In this document: piece by piece, positions 1 through 8,233 of the stretch
How the letters are laid out: each line of letters begins with the position of its first letter
Position numbering within the stretch: the first letter of the stretch is position 1
NCBI GenBank assembly: GCA_017616705.1
Contig: JAFZXQ010000044.1
Span: 1-33,079 of the forward strand
From: Clostridia bacterium
GTDB lineage: Bacteria > Bacillota > Clostridia > Christensenellales > UBA1242
DNA length: 33,079 bases
Direction: 5' to 3'
Translations under genes and position numbers: made by a program
The notes under the pieces: model-generated
The model's input: only the letters and a program-made list of their open reading frames with translations
Database searches by the model: none
What the model was told of the DNA's origin: nothing

Positions 1-360
1 AATATATATTGTAAGAGTATCATAACCCTGCTTTTTAATATTGGCAACACCATGAACGTCAACGTCTTTAATTAACATTGGGTAAATCTTTGAATATTCA
101 TCATACTTTACCTTGCTGACACCATAATAATTTCCATTAGCATGAACTTTTTCATATTCAATAAACTCTTTGTTATCAATTCGTTTTAAAAACTCATCAA
201 AAGAAATGAAGCAATAAAACTTTCCATCAACTTCGCCTGGCCTAATATTTCTAGTTGTAAAACTTGGCAAAACTGCAATTTTGCCATCAAATTTTGTTAA
301 AATGGCTTCAATAATTGTATTTTTACCACATCCACTTGGTCCTATAACTAAAACAAACAT
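1..360 (-). CDS. gmk: guanylate kinase, N-terminal 120 codons (3' end runs off the window)
   Basis: Own translation from ATG at 360-358: MFVLVIGPSGCGKNTIIEAIL..SFTTRNIRPGEVDGKFYCFISFDEF..NGNYYGVS. It has the P-loop GPSGxGK plus the TTRxxRxGExxGxxYxF and NxYG motifs typical of guanylate kinase. The frame is open to position 1. The ATG overlaps the pepF stop by 1 nt (TAATG). Absent from the ORF track because it is truncated. Confidence 0.85.
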   Translation of the reverse strand, partial: MFVLVIGPSGCGKNTIIEAILTKFDGKIAVLPSFTTRNIRPGEVDGKFYCFISFDEFLKRIDNKEFIEYEKVHANGNYYGVSKVKYDEYSKIYPMLIKDVDVHGVANIKKQGYDTLTIYI

Positions 361-2150
361 TACTTTTTCTCCTTTAATAATGCTTCTAATTCGTCAATAT
401 AAAGTGAATAAAGTTGAAGCGCATTGTCGTAAAGTTTTTCATCAAGAAGGTCAATCCCAGCAAGTTTTAAAAGTTCTTTCGGTGATTTTGAACTTCCTGA
501 CTTTAAGAATTCAAGATAGTTATCTTTATAAACCTTTTCACCAGAAAGAAGATTGCTACAAATATTAATAGCACTAGCAAAGCCAACAACATATTTATAA
601 ACATAAAATGGCGAATAAAAGTGAGGAATTCTGCTCCACTCAACTCCACTTAATTCGCTAATTTGAACACTATTCCCAAAATATTCTTTTAATAATTCAT
701 AATACTTTTTATTTAGATCTTCAAATGTTACGCTCTCTCCGCTTTCAATTCGTGAGAAAACAAACATTTCAAACTCAGTATATAAACTCTGCTTATAAAT
801 TGCCCCATAAAAATCACCAAGCAAACTATCAATTGCCGCAATCTTTTCATCAGGGTCAGTTGTTGAATCAATAATATATTTTTTAGTTAAGATCTCATTA
901 ACCGTGCTTGCTATCTCACAAGTTAACCTAGAACATTCAAACGTCCCAAATGGTTGGCTAAGCCCTGCAAGATAACTTTGCATAGCATGGCCTAATTCAT
1001 GAGAAAGCGTACTAACCGCTTCGGCGGTGTTATTATAGTTAGTTAAAACAAATGGATGAACGTCATAACAAGAAATACAATAACAACTGCTGTCTTTGTT
1101 TTTAGCTGGATATAGGTCAACCCACCTATCATGAAGGGCGTGATTAATAAGAGTTATATAGTCTTCGCCCATAACCTTAAGCGAATCTTTGATTGTTTTT
1201 TCAGCCTTAGTGTAATAATATTTCGGTGGTTTTGAATTTGAATATGCTAGTGGAGCAAAAATATCATAAAGTGAATAGTCATCAATCTTTAATGCCTTTT
1301 TACGAATTTTTTGCATCCTTTGAAGAAGTGGCAAGGCCTTTTTAACACTCTTTAACAAAACGTTAACAATATTAACATCTGCCTCATCATAAAAACAATG
1401 TCTTTCAAAAGTTGTTTTAAAGTTATATGTTTGAGTTATAAAATTAGACTCCCTGCAAGCATTAAGATAAATCCCTGAATAAGTTAAGTTTAGTTTTTTA
1501 TAAGCTTCATAAAGTTTATTATAGGCTTGCTCTCTTACAAACCTGTCAGGGCTATGCAAAAATTTAGAATAATTTGAATTATTCAATGTTAAATGTTTAC
1601 CATTTTTTAAAACAATATCCGCAATTGGCATTTCAATATCGCTGAGCGATTGAAAAATTGATTCAAAATCAGAAAATGAACCAGTATGAGAAACTAGTTT
1701 TTCAATGTTTTCTTCCCTAATATGAGGTTTATTTCTAATTAATAATTCAAGGCTTCTCTTAAAATTTGCAAATGCCGGATCTTTCGCCATTGACCTTAAT
1801 TGGTCATTAGCAAGTTTTGAAATTTCATCACCAGCAAAACTTGTTGCTATCCCAGCCTTAACTGAAACATCTTGCGCAAGATCTGTTATTTTAGCGCATT
1901 CCGCCTCAGCCCCACACGTGCTCTTTTTCATGTGTGAAAAAACAATTATCTTTTCAAGGCTGCGCTCCATCTCTTCTTCAAGATTAAGATAATTTAAAAT
2001 TGTGTTAGGGTTATTAAGTTTTCCCTTAAACCCCTCTAATTTTCTTAGTTTTAGCTTTAATCTGTCGCAATCATTAACAAAGGCTTCTAATGAAGGATAA
2101 ATGTCTTCAATTCTCCAGATAAACTTTTCTTCTTGCTTTTTTCTTTCCAT
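360..2150 (-). CDS. pepF: oligoendopeptidase F (M3B zinc metallopeptidase)
   Basis: Length of about 596 aa and the HELGH zinc motif (LSHELGHAMQ), with overall PepF-like sequence. I chose ATG at 2150 (MERKKQEE...) because GAGGA lies 5 nt upstream. The track ORF extends to 2195 without an SD. Confidence 0.88.
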   Translation of the reverse strand: MERKKQEEKFIWRIEDIYPSLEAFVNDCDRLKLKLRKLEGFKGKLNNPNTILNYLNLEEEMERSLEKIIVFSHMKKSTCGAEAECAKITDLAQDVSVKAGIATSFAGDEISKLANDQLRSMAKDPAFANFKRSLELLIRNKPHIREENIEKLVSHTGSFSDFESIFQSLSDIEMPIADIVLKNGKHLTLNNSNYSKFLHSPDRFVREQAYNKLYEAYKKLNLTYSGIYLNACRESNFITQTYNFKTTFERHCFYDEADVNIVNVLLKSVKKALPLLQRMQKIRKKALKIDDYSLYDIFAPLAYSNSKPPKYYYTKAEKTIKDSLKVMGEDYITLINHALHDRWVDLYPAKNKDSSCYCISCYDVHPFVLTNYNNTAEAVSTLSHELGHAMQSYLAGLSQPFGTFECSRLTCEIASTVNEILTKKYIIDSTTDPDEKIAAIDSLLGDFYGAIYKQSLYTEFEMFVFSRIESGESVTFEDLNKKYYELLKEYFGNSVQISELSGVEWSRIPHFYSPFYVYKYVVGFASAINICSNLLSGEKVYKDNYLEFLKSGSSKSPKELLKLAGIDLLDEKLYDNALQLYSLYIDELEALLKEKK

Positions 2151-2167
2151 AATATCCTCGTAAAGAA

Positions 2168-2195
2168 AGTTTATCACATTTTTATTCTTATGCAA
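2168..2195 (-). promoter_or_regulatory. possible sigma-A promoter for pepF-gmk (TTGCAT-16 nt-TGA TAAACT)
   Basis: Minus strand reads TTGCAT (2195-2190), a 16-nt spacer, then TAAACT (2173-2168) preceded by TGA. The implied start is very close to the SD, so support is weak. Confidence 0.3.
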
Positions 2196-2224
2196 AATAA
2201 AAACGACCCAATTTTAGGTCGTTT
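2194..2224 (-). terminator. intrinsic terminator after the DUF378 gene
   Basis: An 8-bp stem (2201-2208 aaacgacc pairing with 2217-2224 ggtcgttt), followed on the minus-strand RNA by UUAUUUU. Confidence 0.6.
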
Positions 2225-2228
2225 TAGT

Positions 2229-2453
2229 CTATTGGTTATTTCTGTCGTGTGATGCAAAAAGCCTTGTTCTTTTAAATAAAAGTTGAATGAGTAGCCAAAT
2301 TCCAGCAATACCAACTATTGCATAAATAATTCTTGTAAACAAGCCAACGCCAAAGATCCATGTAACTAGGTTCCAGCTAAAAACACCAACTAAAAACCAG
2401 TTAAGACAGCCAATAATTGCAATAGACAACGCAATTATGTTTGCAATAATCAT
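2229..2453 (-). CDS. DUF378-family small membrane protein
   Basis: 74 aa with two TM helices. The core IGCLNWFLVGVFSWNLVTWIFG resembles the DUF378 (YuzA-like) signature ALNWGLVG..FDLV..FG. SD GGAGGG lies 7 nt upstream. Confidence 0.7.
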   Translation of the reverse strand: MIIANIIALSIAIIGCLNWFLVGVFSWNLVTWIFGVGLFTRIIYAIVGIAGIWLLIQLLFKRTRLFASHDRNNQ

Positions 2454-2499
2454 AAAAACTCCCTCCTTTCTTTAGCATGCTCAAAAATTATAAAAAAAT

Positions 2500-2526
2500 A
2501 CAAAAAAATAAGGGCCGAAGCCCTTA
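2500..2526 (-). terminator. intrinsic terminator after secG
   Basis: RNA reads UAAGGGC-UUCG-GCCCUUA (a 7-bp stem with a UUCG tetraloop, 2509-2526) followed by UUUUUUUG. Confidence 0.75.
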
Positions 2527-2538
2527 ATCTTTAAATCT

Positions 2539-2859
2539 CTAAAAACCGCCGTAAATAACGTTAAGAATAAGAAATGCAATACATAAAACTAATAAAACAG
2601 CAGCGTCAATAGCAGTAAGTTTTTTGATTTTACCTTGTAATGAAGCACCTTTATTCCTGTTATAGAAAGTATCAGCGTTTCCGGTTACTCCTGTAATACC
2701 ATTGCTTTCACCTTTTTGGCTAACAACAGCAATAATCATAAAAATAGCACATAGCGCAATAACACACGCTATAACAATTTTCAAAACAGGAACAACATTT
2801 TTAGCAAATGCGCTAACTTCTTTGTTCTCATCAGCAAGTAATAAATTTAAAATTTCCAT
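2539..2859 (-). CDS. secG: preprotein translocase subunit SecG
   Basis: Two TM helices flank a Gly-rich loop (SQKGESNGITGVTGNADTFY), which is typical of SecG. Start chosen at MEILNLL (ATG 2859) with GGGAGAG 4 nt upstream. The track ORF starts 18 nt earlier. Confidence 0.8.
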   Translation of the reverse strand: MEILNLLLADENKEVSAFAKNVVPVLKIVIACVIALCAIFMIIAVVSQKGESNGITGVTGNADTFYNRNKGASLQGKIKKLTAIDAAVLLVLCIAFLILNVIYGGF

Positions 2860-2882
2860 AAATCTCTCCCTAGGCAACTAGT

Positions 2883-2911
2883 AGTATAACATAGTAAGTA
2901 AAACAATTCAA
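2883..2911 (-). promoter_or_regulatory. sigma-A-type promoter for secG (TTGAAT-17 nt-TGT TATACT)
   Basis: -35 TTGAAT (2911-2906), a 17-nt spacer, and an extended -10 TGTTATACT (2891-2883). Sits directly downstream of the 76-aa ORF stop. Confidence 0.5.
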
Positions 2912-2921
2912 GTATTTTTAA

Positions 2922-3152
2922 CTATTTAACCATCACAAAATAAGCAACAATAAAGCTAACAAAAGCAATCAAAACAATAACCAAAATAATCTTGTTAATG
3001 GTTTTATTTGCTGCAAACATTTTTAAACCAAAAATGTCAACAACTAATATCGCCATTAAGAATAAAAATATTCCAAGATAAAGAACAGTTAAGTTTTGTT
3101 CTTTTGCCGTTTGCTCTAACAACAATCTAATATTAGAAAGTAAGAAATTCAT
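2922..3152 (-). CDS. hypothetical small membrane protein (76 aa, 2 predicted TM)
   Basis: ATG 3152 is preceded by AGGAGAAGG, which overlaps the gpmI stop codon (9-nt gap). Two hydrophobic stretches. I recognise no family. Confidence 0.55.
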   Translation of the reverse strand: MNFLLSNIRLLLEQTAKEQNLTVLYLGIFLFLMAILVVDIFGLKMFAANKTINKIILVIVLIAFVSFIVAYFVMVK

Positions 3153-3161
3153 AACCTTCTC

Positions 3162-4691
3162 CTAAACTAACGTTTTCCCCGTCATCTCTTCTGGGATTTT
3201 TTCTCCTAATAATTTTAACACAGTTGGTGCTATGTCTGCAAGAGTTCCTGAAATTTTCTTGCCTTTTCCTTTAAATTTTTCTCCAACAATAATAATAGGA
3301 ACAAGAGCAAGCGAATGTGATTTATTTGGCGTTCCATCAGGATAAACCATATAATCACTATTTCCATGGTCAGCAGTAACTATCGCAACCCCACCTGCTT
3401 TAATAACAGCATTAACAACTTCACTAACCTTTTGATCAACAAACTTAACGGCAGTTTTAGTTGCATCAAAATTACCGCTATGCCCAACCATGTCGCCATT
3501 TGCAAAATTGAGAACAATTACATTAAATTTATGAGAATTTACGCCTTTAATTGCCTCTTTTGCGATTTTTTCGGCGCTCATCTCTGGCAATAGATCATAG
3601 GTTGCAACCTTCTCGCTATTAATTAAAATTCGGCTTTCATCTTTAAATGGCTCATTTTTACCTGAGTTAAAGAAGAAAGTAACGTGAGCATATTTCTCAG
3701 TTTCAGCAATTCTTAATTGAGTGTAACCCCTGTCAGCTAAAACTTCACCCAATATATTTTTAGGTTTTTCTTGATCATAAGCAACAATAACGCCGCCTAA
3801 ACTTTCATCATAATTAGTCAACGTTACAAGCGTTAGATTTAACTTAGTCGTCCAGTCAAAGTCATTGTCGTTGCTGAAAACACGTGCCGTCTGCCTAGCC
3901 CTATCAGTTCTAAAATTAAACATAATAAGACTATCGCCATCGCAGACTTTGCCTTCATATTTTCCATTTTTAGTTATAACAATTGGTTTAATAAACTCAT
4001 CTTTTTCGCCAATCTCATAACTAGTGTTAATACCTTCTTCAACGCTTTCCGCCGTTTTAGCAATTCCGCGCGTTAATGCGTCATAATAAAGTTTAACTCT
4101 ATCCCAGTTTTTATCTCTATCAAGAGCGTAAAACCTTCCGCATACATCACTTATTTCGCCTGTTTTATATTTCTTAATAGCGTCTTTAAGTTGCTTAACA
4201 TATAAAAGCGCTGATTTTGGCGGAGTATCTCTTCCATCAGCAATAAAATGAACATAAACCCTTTCTAATTTATGTTCAGCACAAATTCTAATTAATTCAA
4301 TTAAATGATTAATATGGCTATGAATTCCGCCATCGCTAACAATGCCCATTAAATGCATTGCTTTATTATTTTTCTTACAATTTTCAATGGCCTTACCAAT
4401 TGCAGTGTTTTTCTCAAAAGAACCACTTTCAATCTCTCTGTTTATTCTAACGATTGATTGATAGGTAACTCTCCCTGAGCCTATGGTTTGATGACCAACT
4501 TCACTAGTTCCCGTTTGACCAACAGGAAGCCCAACCGCCAATTCGCTCGCCTCAAGCGTTCCACAAAGATAATCTTTTGCAAGCTTTTGTAAGTTTGGAG
4601 TTGTTTCTTCAGTTACGGCGCTAACACTAGGTAGTTTGGGCATTCCAACGCCGTCCATAATTATTAATGTTATCAACTTATTGTCTGTCAT
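3162..4691 (-). CDS. gpmI: 2,3-bisphosphoglycerate-independent phosphoglycerate mutase
   Basis: 509 aa. iPGM motifs are present: DGVG near the N-terminus, SDGGIHSHINHL, and TADHGNSD. The start overlaps the tpiA stop (ATGA). Confidence 0.95.
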   Translation of the reverse strand: MTDNKLITLIIMDGVGMPKLPSVSAVTEETTPNLQKLAKDYLCGTLEASELAVGLPVGQTGTSEVGHQTIGSGRVTYQSIVRINREIESGSFEKNTAIGKAIENCKKNNKAMHLMGIVSDGGIHSHINHLIELIRICAEHKLERVYVHFIADGRDTPPKSALLYVKQLKDAIKKYKTGEISDVCGRFYALDRDKNWDRVKLYYDALTRGIAKTAESVEEGINTSYEIGEKDEFIKPIVITKNGKYEGKVCDGDSLIMFNFRTDRARQTARVFSNDNDFDWTTKLNLTLVTLTNYDESLGGVIVAYDQEKPKNILGEVLADRGYTQLRIAETEKYAHVTFFFNSGKNEPFKDESRILINSEKVATYDLLPEMSAEKIAKEAIKGVNSHKFNVIVLNFANGDMVGHSGNFDATKTAVKFVDQKVSEVVNAVIKAGGVAIVTADHGNSDYMVYPDGTPNKSHSLALVPIIIVGEKFKGKGKKISGTLADIAPTVLKLLGEKIPEEMTGKTLV

Positions 4692-5401
4692 AATACCTCG
4701 TTTGCAGTTTTAATTAATGACTCAAACTTAACAGGATCAAGGCTTGCCCCACCAACTAAAACTCCGTCAACACAGTTTAGTTTTAAAATTTCAGCTGCAT
4801 TTTCAGGTTTAACGCTTCCACCATATAAAACTTTAACATCGTTACCATAGTTTCGTTTAACATAATCTTTAACGATCTTATGTGCAACTAAAATATCTTC
4901 TTCTGTTGCAACCTTCCCTGTTCCTATTGCCCAAACAGGCTCATATGCAATGATAAGGTTACCTAGATCTTCTTTTGTTAAAATTTCTAATTGGTTAACT
5001 AAAACACTTTCAATGTTATCGTGTTCTTCAAGCGTTTCACCAACACAGAAAATAACTTGCAAACCATATTTGTTTGCAATATCTAATTTCTTTCTCAAAT
5101 CGTCATTTGTTTCATTAAAAATATGGCGCCTTTCGCTATGGCCTAGAATCGTAACATCTGCCCCAGCATCTTTAACCATTTTGGCGCTTATTTCGCCCGT
5201 ATAAGCCCCTTCTTCATATGCACAAATATTTTGAGCGCCAACTTTACTTCTATCCTTTAAACAATCAAAAACAGGCTTAATTAACGTTGCTGAACAGCAG
5301 ATCATATAGTTACCTGCCCTTTTATCAAAATGAGAGCAAAACTCTTCAGCTTCGCCTATTGTTTTATTCATTTTCCAGTTCGCAACAACTAATTTTCCCA
5401 T
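4688..5401 (-). CDS. tpiA: triosephosphate isomerase
   Basis: 237 aa with NWKMN, GHSERR, AYEPVWAIGTG and GGASL motifs. Confidence 0.95.
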   Translation of the reverse strand: MGKLVVANWKMNKTIGEAEEFCSHFDKRAGNYMICCSATLIKPVFDCLKDRSKVGAQNICAYEEGAYTGEISAKMVKDAGADVTILGHSERRHIFNETNDDLRKKLDIANKYGLQVIFCVGETLEEHDNIESVLVNQLEILTKEDLGNLIIAYEPVWAIGTGKVATEEDILVAHKIVKDYVKRNYGNDVKVLYGGSVKPENAAEILKLNCVDGVLVGGASLDPVKFESLIKTANEVL

Positions 5402-5402
5402 A

Positions 5403-6593
5403 TTAATCTTCCTTATCTAAAAGCATTTCAATTCCAGGCATATTTGCCCCTTCTAAGAATTTAAGCGTTGCTCCGCCACCTGTTGATATGTGGTTAATCT
5501 TATCGGCATATCCGCTCTCATTAACGCTTGAAACACTATCGCCACCACCAACAACACTAACGGCTTTGCTCTTAGCAACATATTTAGCAACTTTCATTGT
5601 TCCCTTTTTAAATTTATCAAACTCGTAAACGCCCATAGGACCATTCCAAACGATAGTTTGAGCGTTCATAATTTCCTTCTTAAACGCCTTTAATGTTTTA
5701 GGCCCAATATCAAGCGCTTGATATCCATCAGGAATGCTAAGCGCATTAACACATTTCGTTTTGCTATTTGGCGCAAATTCTTTAGCAACAATAACATCTT
5801 TAGGAATAACAATCTTAACGTTTTTCTTATCGGCTTCGTCTAATATTTTATTAGCAACAGCAATCTTATCTTTTTCATATCTAGAAAGCCCTAATTTGCC
5901 ACCTTTTGCTGCAAGGAAAGTATTTGCCATTGCCCCACCAATTAAAATAGTGTTGGCTTTTAAAAGCAACTTTCCAATAATTCCAATCTTATCGCTAATT
6001 TTTGCTCCACCTAATATAACAACAAAAGGTCTTGCAGGATTATCCATAACCTTGCTTAAAGCAACAATCTCACTGCTCATTAAGAATCCAGCAACTGCAG
6101 GAAGATAACAAGCAACCCCTGCCGTTGAAGCATGAGCCCTGTGAGCTGTTCCAAAAGCATCATTAACATAAATTTCAGCAAGGCTAGCAAGTTCGCCTGC
6201 AAACCTTGAATCGTTTTCTTCCTCTTCTTTATGGAATCTTACGTTTTCAAGAAGCATAACTTGACCAGGTTTAAGATTAGCGCTTAACTCTTTTGCACTA
6301 TCCCCAATAACGTCGCTCGCCATTAAAACTTCTTGACCTAAAAGTTCACTAAGCCTTTTGCTTACAGGCTCAAGAGAAAGTTTTGGGTTAACCATTCCAT
6401 CTGGTCTTCCAAGATGTGAGCAAAGAATAACTTTTGCTCCGTGTTTTATTAAATATAGAATTGTTGGCAAACTAGCCTTAATTCTCGTATCATCAACAAT
6501 GTTTCCCATTTCGTCAAGAGGAACATTAAAATCTGCTCTAACTAAAACTTTTTTATTTTTAACATCAATATCTTTAAAAGTTTTCTTATTCAT
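5403..6593 (-). CDS. pgk: phosphoglycerate kinase
   Basis: Motifs VLVRADFNVP, CSHLGRP and GGGDS are present. Start chosen at ATG 6593 (MNKKTFKDID) with AGGAGAG 6 nt upstream. The track extension to 6686 crosses the promoter. Confidence 0.95.
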   Translation of the reverse strand: MNKKTFKDIDVKNKKVLVRADFNVPLDEMGNIVDDTRIKASLPTILYLIKHGAKVILCSHLGRPDGMVNPKLSLEPVSKRLSELLGQEVLMASDVIGDSAKELSANLKPGQVMLLENVRFHKEEEENDSRFAGELASLAEIYVNDAFGTAHRAHASTAGVACYLPAVAGFLMSSEIVALSKVMDNPARPFVVILGGAKISDKIGIIGKLLLKANTILIGGAMANTFLAAKGGKLGLSRYEKDKIAVANKILDEADKKNVKIVIPKDVIVAKEFAPNSKTKCVNALSIPDGYQALDIGPKTLKAFKKEIMNAQTIVWNGPMGVYEFDKFKKGTMKVAKYVAKSKAVSVVGGGDSVSSVNESGYADKINHISTGGGATLKFLEGANMPGIEMLLDKED

Positions 6594-6624
6594 AATAACT
6601 CTCCTATTATTAGTTACTATATTA

Positions 6625-6653
6625 ATATTAACCAACATAAAAGAATAAGTCAA
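6625..6653 (-). promoter_or_regulatory. sigma-A-type promoter for pgk-tpiA-gpmI (TTGACT-17 nt-TAATAT)
   Basis: -35 TTGACT (6653-6648), a 17-nt spacer and -10 TAATAT (6630-6625), about 30 nt upstream of the pgk ATG. Confidence 0.55.
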
Positions 6654-6681
6654 ATTTTTATTTTGTTTTTTAATTTTTTGC

Positions 6682-6708
6682 AACAAAAAACCCGCTAAAT
6701 GCGGGTTT
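6682..6708 (-). terminator. intrinsic terminator after the 301-aa gene
   Basis: RNA reads AAACCCGC-AUUUA-GCGGGUUU followed by UUUGUUG. Confidence 0.75.
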
Positions 6709-6713
6709 ATTAA

Positions 6714-7619
6714 TTATTCTTCGTCGCTATCTTTTTTATTTTTGCCCATAAGAGTTAAGATTTCTTGCTCGTCAGCGTCAAGTCTTGCTTTCTCGCCTTC
6801 GAAGAATGCTTGCATCTTTTTGCTGTTTTCATATTTTTCTTTGTTAGTTTCAAGATAATTTTCAGCATCTCTTATGCTTGATTTTAAGTCATTGATATGA
6901 ACAGTTAACTCTTCTTGTTTTTGTTTCTTTTCTTGGTCAATGTTTTTGATATCAGTAACACTATATAAAACAAGGTTTAATTTAGTTAAGTCGTCAGCTT
7001 TCTTATCAAGAAGTTTTTGGTTTCTAGCCATTCTTCTTTCAGTTCTTTCATATCTGTTAACATCACGGCTAGCCTTTGTTAAGTCAGCGTCAACTTTCTC
7101 TTGAGCTTCTTTAACGCTAGCAAGTCTTGTTGAAAGGTCAACAACTTCTTGTTCTTTTACTTCTTCTGGTTGAACGTTGTTGTTGATAACTTCTTCAGTT
7201 TTTTCAGTTACAACGATAACTTTAGTTGAACCAGCTTTTTCTTCTTTAGCATCAGTAACTTCTGCTTCTTCTTTAACTTCTTCAGCAGGAGTTTCTTCAA
7301 CAACTTCTTCTTTAACTTCTTCAACTTCTTTTGGTTGTTCTTCAACAACTTCTTCTTTTGCTTCTTCTTCAGCTGCTTCTTGATTGTTTGCAATTGCATT
7401 TGCTTCAAGTCTTGCAAGCATTGAATCAAGATCAAATTCGTCTTGAACAGCATTATTATCTTCTTGTTGTTCTTCTTTTACTTCTTCGTTAGAAACGTTT
7501 TCTGGTTGTTCCTCTTTTTCTTCTTTATTAGTTTTAAAGATTTCAGCAAAGAAAGCAATTGAGAAGCCAACAACTGCAATGATACCTAAAATGATTAAAA
7601 CTATGGCAAAAATTTTCAT
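6714..7619 (-). CDS. hypothetical N-terminally membrane-anchored protein with an acidic E/V/K repeat region and a coiled-coil C-terminal half
   Basis: 301 aa. One TM (IFAIVLIILGIIAVVGFSIAFFA), then a low-complexity region of EEVKEE-type repeats, then a heptad-like charged C-terminal half. SD AAGGAG lies upstream. Has its own promoter and terminator. Confidence 0.7.
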   Translation of the reverse strand: MKIFAIVLIILGIIAVVGFSIAFFAEIFKTNKEEKEEQPENVSNEEVKEEQQEDNNAVQDEFDLDSMLARLEANAIANNQEAAEEEAKEEVVEEQPKEVEEVKEEVVEETPAEEVKEEAEVTDAKEEKAGSTKVIVVTEKTEEVINNNVQPEEVKEQEVVDLSTRLASVKEAQEKVDADLTKASRDVNRYERTERRMARNQKLLDKKADDLTKLNLVLYSVTDIKNIDQEKKQKQEELTVHINDLKSSIRDAENYLETNKEKYENSKKMQAFFEGEKARLDADEQEILTLMGKNKKDSDEE

Positions 7620-7645
7620 AATTTATCTCCTTATATAACACTTAT

Positions 7646-7674
7646 ATTTTAATCCAAATTTAAAAATTTTGCAA
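7646..7674 (-). promoter_or_regulatory. sigma-A-type promoter (TTGCAA-17 nt-TAAAAT) for the 301-aa gene
   Basis: -35 TTGCAA (7674-7669), a 17-nt spacer and -10 TAAAAT (7651-7646). A very AT-rich tract lies upstream. Confidence 0.5.
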
Positions 7675-7823
7675 TACCTTTTACTAATTTTTTTATATTT
7701 TTCTTAAAATTTTAAAAAATTTTTGACTTTTTACATTTATTTTTAATCAAAACGCAATATTTTTATCGTTTTTTAATTCATAAACAATAAAAATACGTCG
7801 TTTATTACAGTTTAAAAACTGGC

Positions 7824-7849
7824 AACAAAAAAATAAGGCTTGCGCCTTA
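7824..7849 (-). terminator. intrinsic terminator after the 88-aa gene
   Basis: RNA reads UAAGGC-GCAA-GCCUUA followed by UUUUUUUGUUG. Confidence 0.7.
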
Positions 7850-7854
7850 CTTTT

Positions 7855-8121
7855 TTAGAATTGCCAAATTGCAAATGCTAGAACTGCAAGATTTGCCCAG
7901 AATTCAAAAGTTAATTTTTTGTTGCTAAAATAGCTAAGAAGCATTCCAACAAAAGGTAAGCAGTAAATTAAGATGCTCATAATGCCATAGAAAACAGCGC
8001 TAGCAACTCCGAATCCAAAGAGAATCTTGCAAAGAACAATCAAGCCTAAAGCAACAATAGCAAATAATAAATTGAGTAAACTGCTTGAAATTCTTACTTC
8101 TTTTTGTTCTTGATTTTCCAT
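7855..8121 (-). CDS. hypothetical small membrane protein (88 aa, about 3 TM)
   Basis: SD AAGGAGAGGGG is upstream of ATG 8121. Strongly hydrophobic. No recognisable family. Confidence 0.55.
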   Translation of the reverse strand: MENQEQKEVRISSSLLNLLFAIVALGLIVLCKILFGFGVASAVFYGIMSILIYCLPFVGMLLSYFSNKKLTFEFWANLAVLAFAIWQF

Positions 8122-8197
8122 AATCCCCTCTCCTTATTTTTAATATATCATATGTTTGGTTTTTTGAAAAGGTTATAATGACATATTTTAAAAATTT

Positions 8198-8226
8198 TTA
8201 TAAAAAAGCAGGGTCATTGCCCTGCT
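8198..8226 (-). terminator. intrinsic terminator after ssrA
   Basis: RNA reads AGCAGGG-CAAUGA-CCCUGCU followed by UUUUUUAUAAAAAUUUUU. Confidence 0.75.
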
Positions 8227-8233
8227 ATTGTTT

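Noticed and set aside
281-568. Plus-strand 95-aa ORF across the gmk/pepF junction. Similar antisense ORFs occur at 3366-3593, 4950-5204, 5734-6108, 6358-6648, 9904-10134, 11984-12172, 12251-12436, 14192-14902, 15014-15645, 21483-22033, 22423-22866, 25215-26191, 27331-27780, 28377-28571, 29616-29960 and 31644-32030.
   Set aside because: All are shadows of well-supported minus-strand genes, without SDs or family features.
4688-4691. Possibility of an alternative genetic code (TGA = Trp, Mollicutes-like), given the low GC and small genes.
   Set aside because: TGA is used as a genuine stop (tpiA at 4688-4690 and the membrane gene at 29559-29561, both in ATGA overlaps). All conserved proteins translate full-length under the standard bacterial code.
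6594-6686. 5' extensions of track ORFs: pgk to 6686, rplO to 20136, pepF to 2195, secG to 2877, the Zn-ribbon protein to 12017 and the membrane protein to 30479.
   Set aside because: In each case an internal ATG with a properly spaced GGAGG-like SD matches the conserved N-terminus of the family. The extensions also run into promoters, terminators or the upstream gene.
7177-7453. Alternative-frame ORFs 7177-7383 (+) and 7208-7453 (-, a Lys/Leu-rich 81 aa) inside the acidic-repeat gene.
   Set aside because: GAA/GAG-rich repeat DNA keeps several frames open. Only the 301-aa frame has an SD, a TM segment and a promoter and terminator.
7676-7823. About 150 bp of extremely AT-rich DNA with runs such as AAAATTTT and AAAAAATTTTT between the 88-aa gene terminator and the 301-aa gene promoter. 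Considered as a possible small RNA, an origin-like element or a plus-strand promoter (TTGACT at about 7723).
   Set aside because: There is no hairpin or terminator to define an sRNA, no DnaA-box-like repeats, no plus-strand gene to serve and no ORF. It is most simply an UP-element or curved-DNA region for the downstream promoter.
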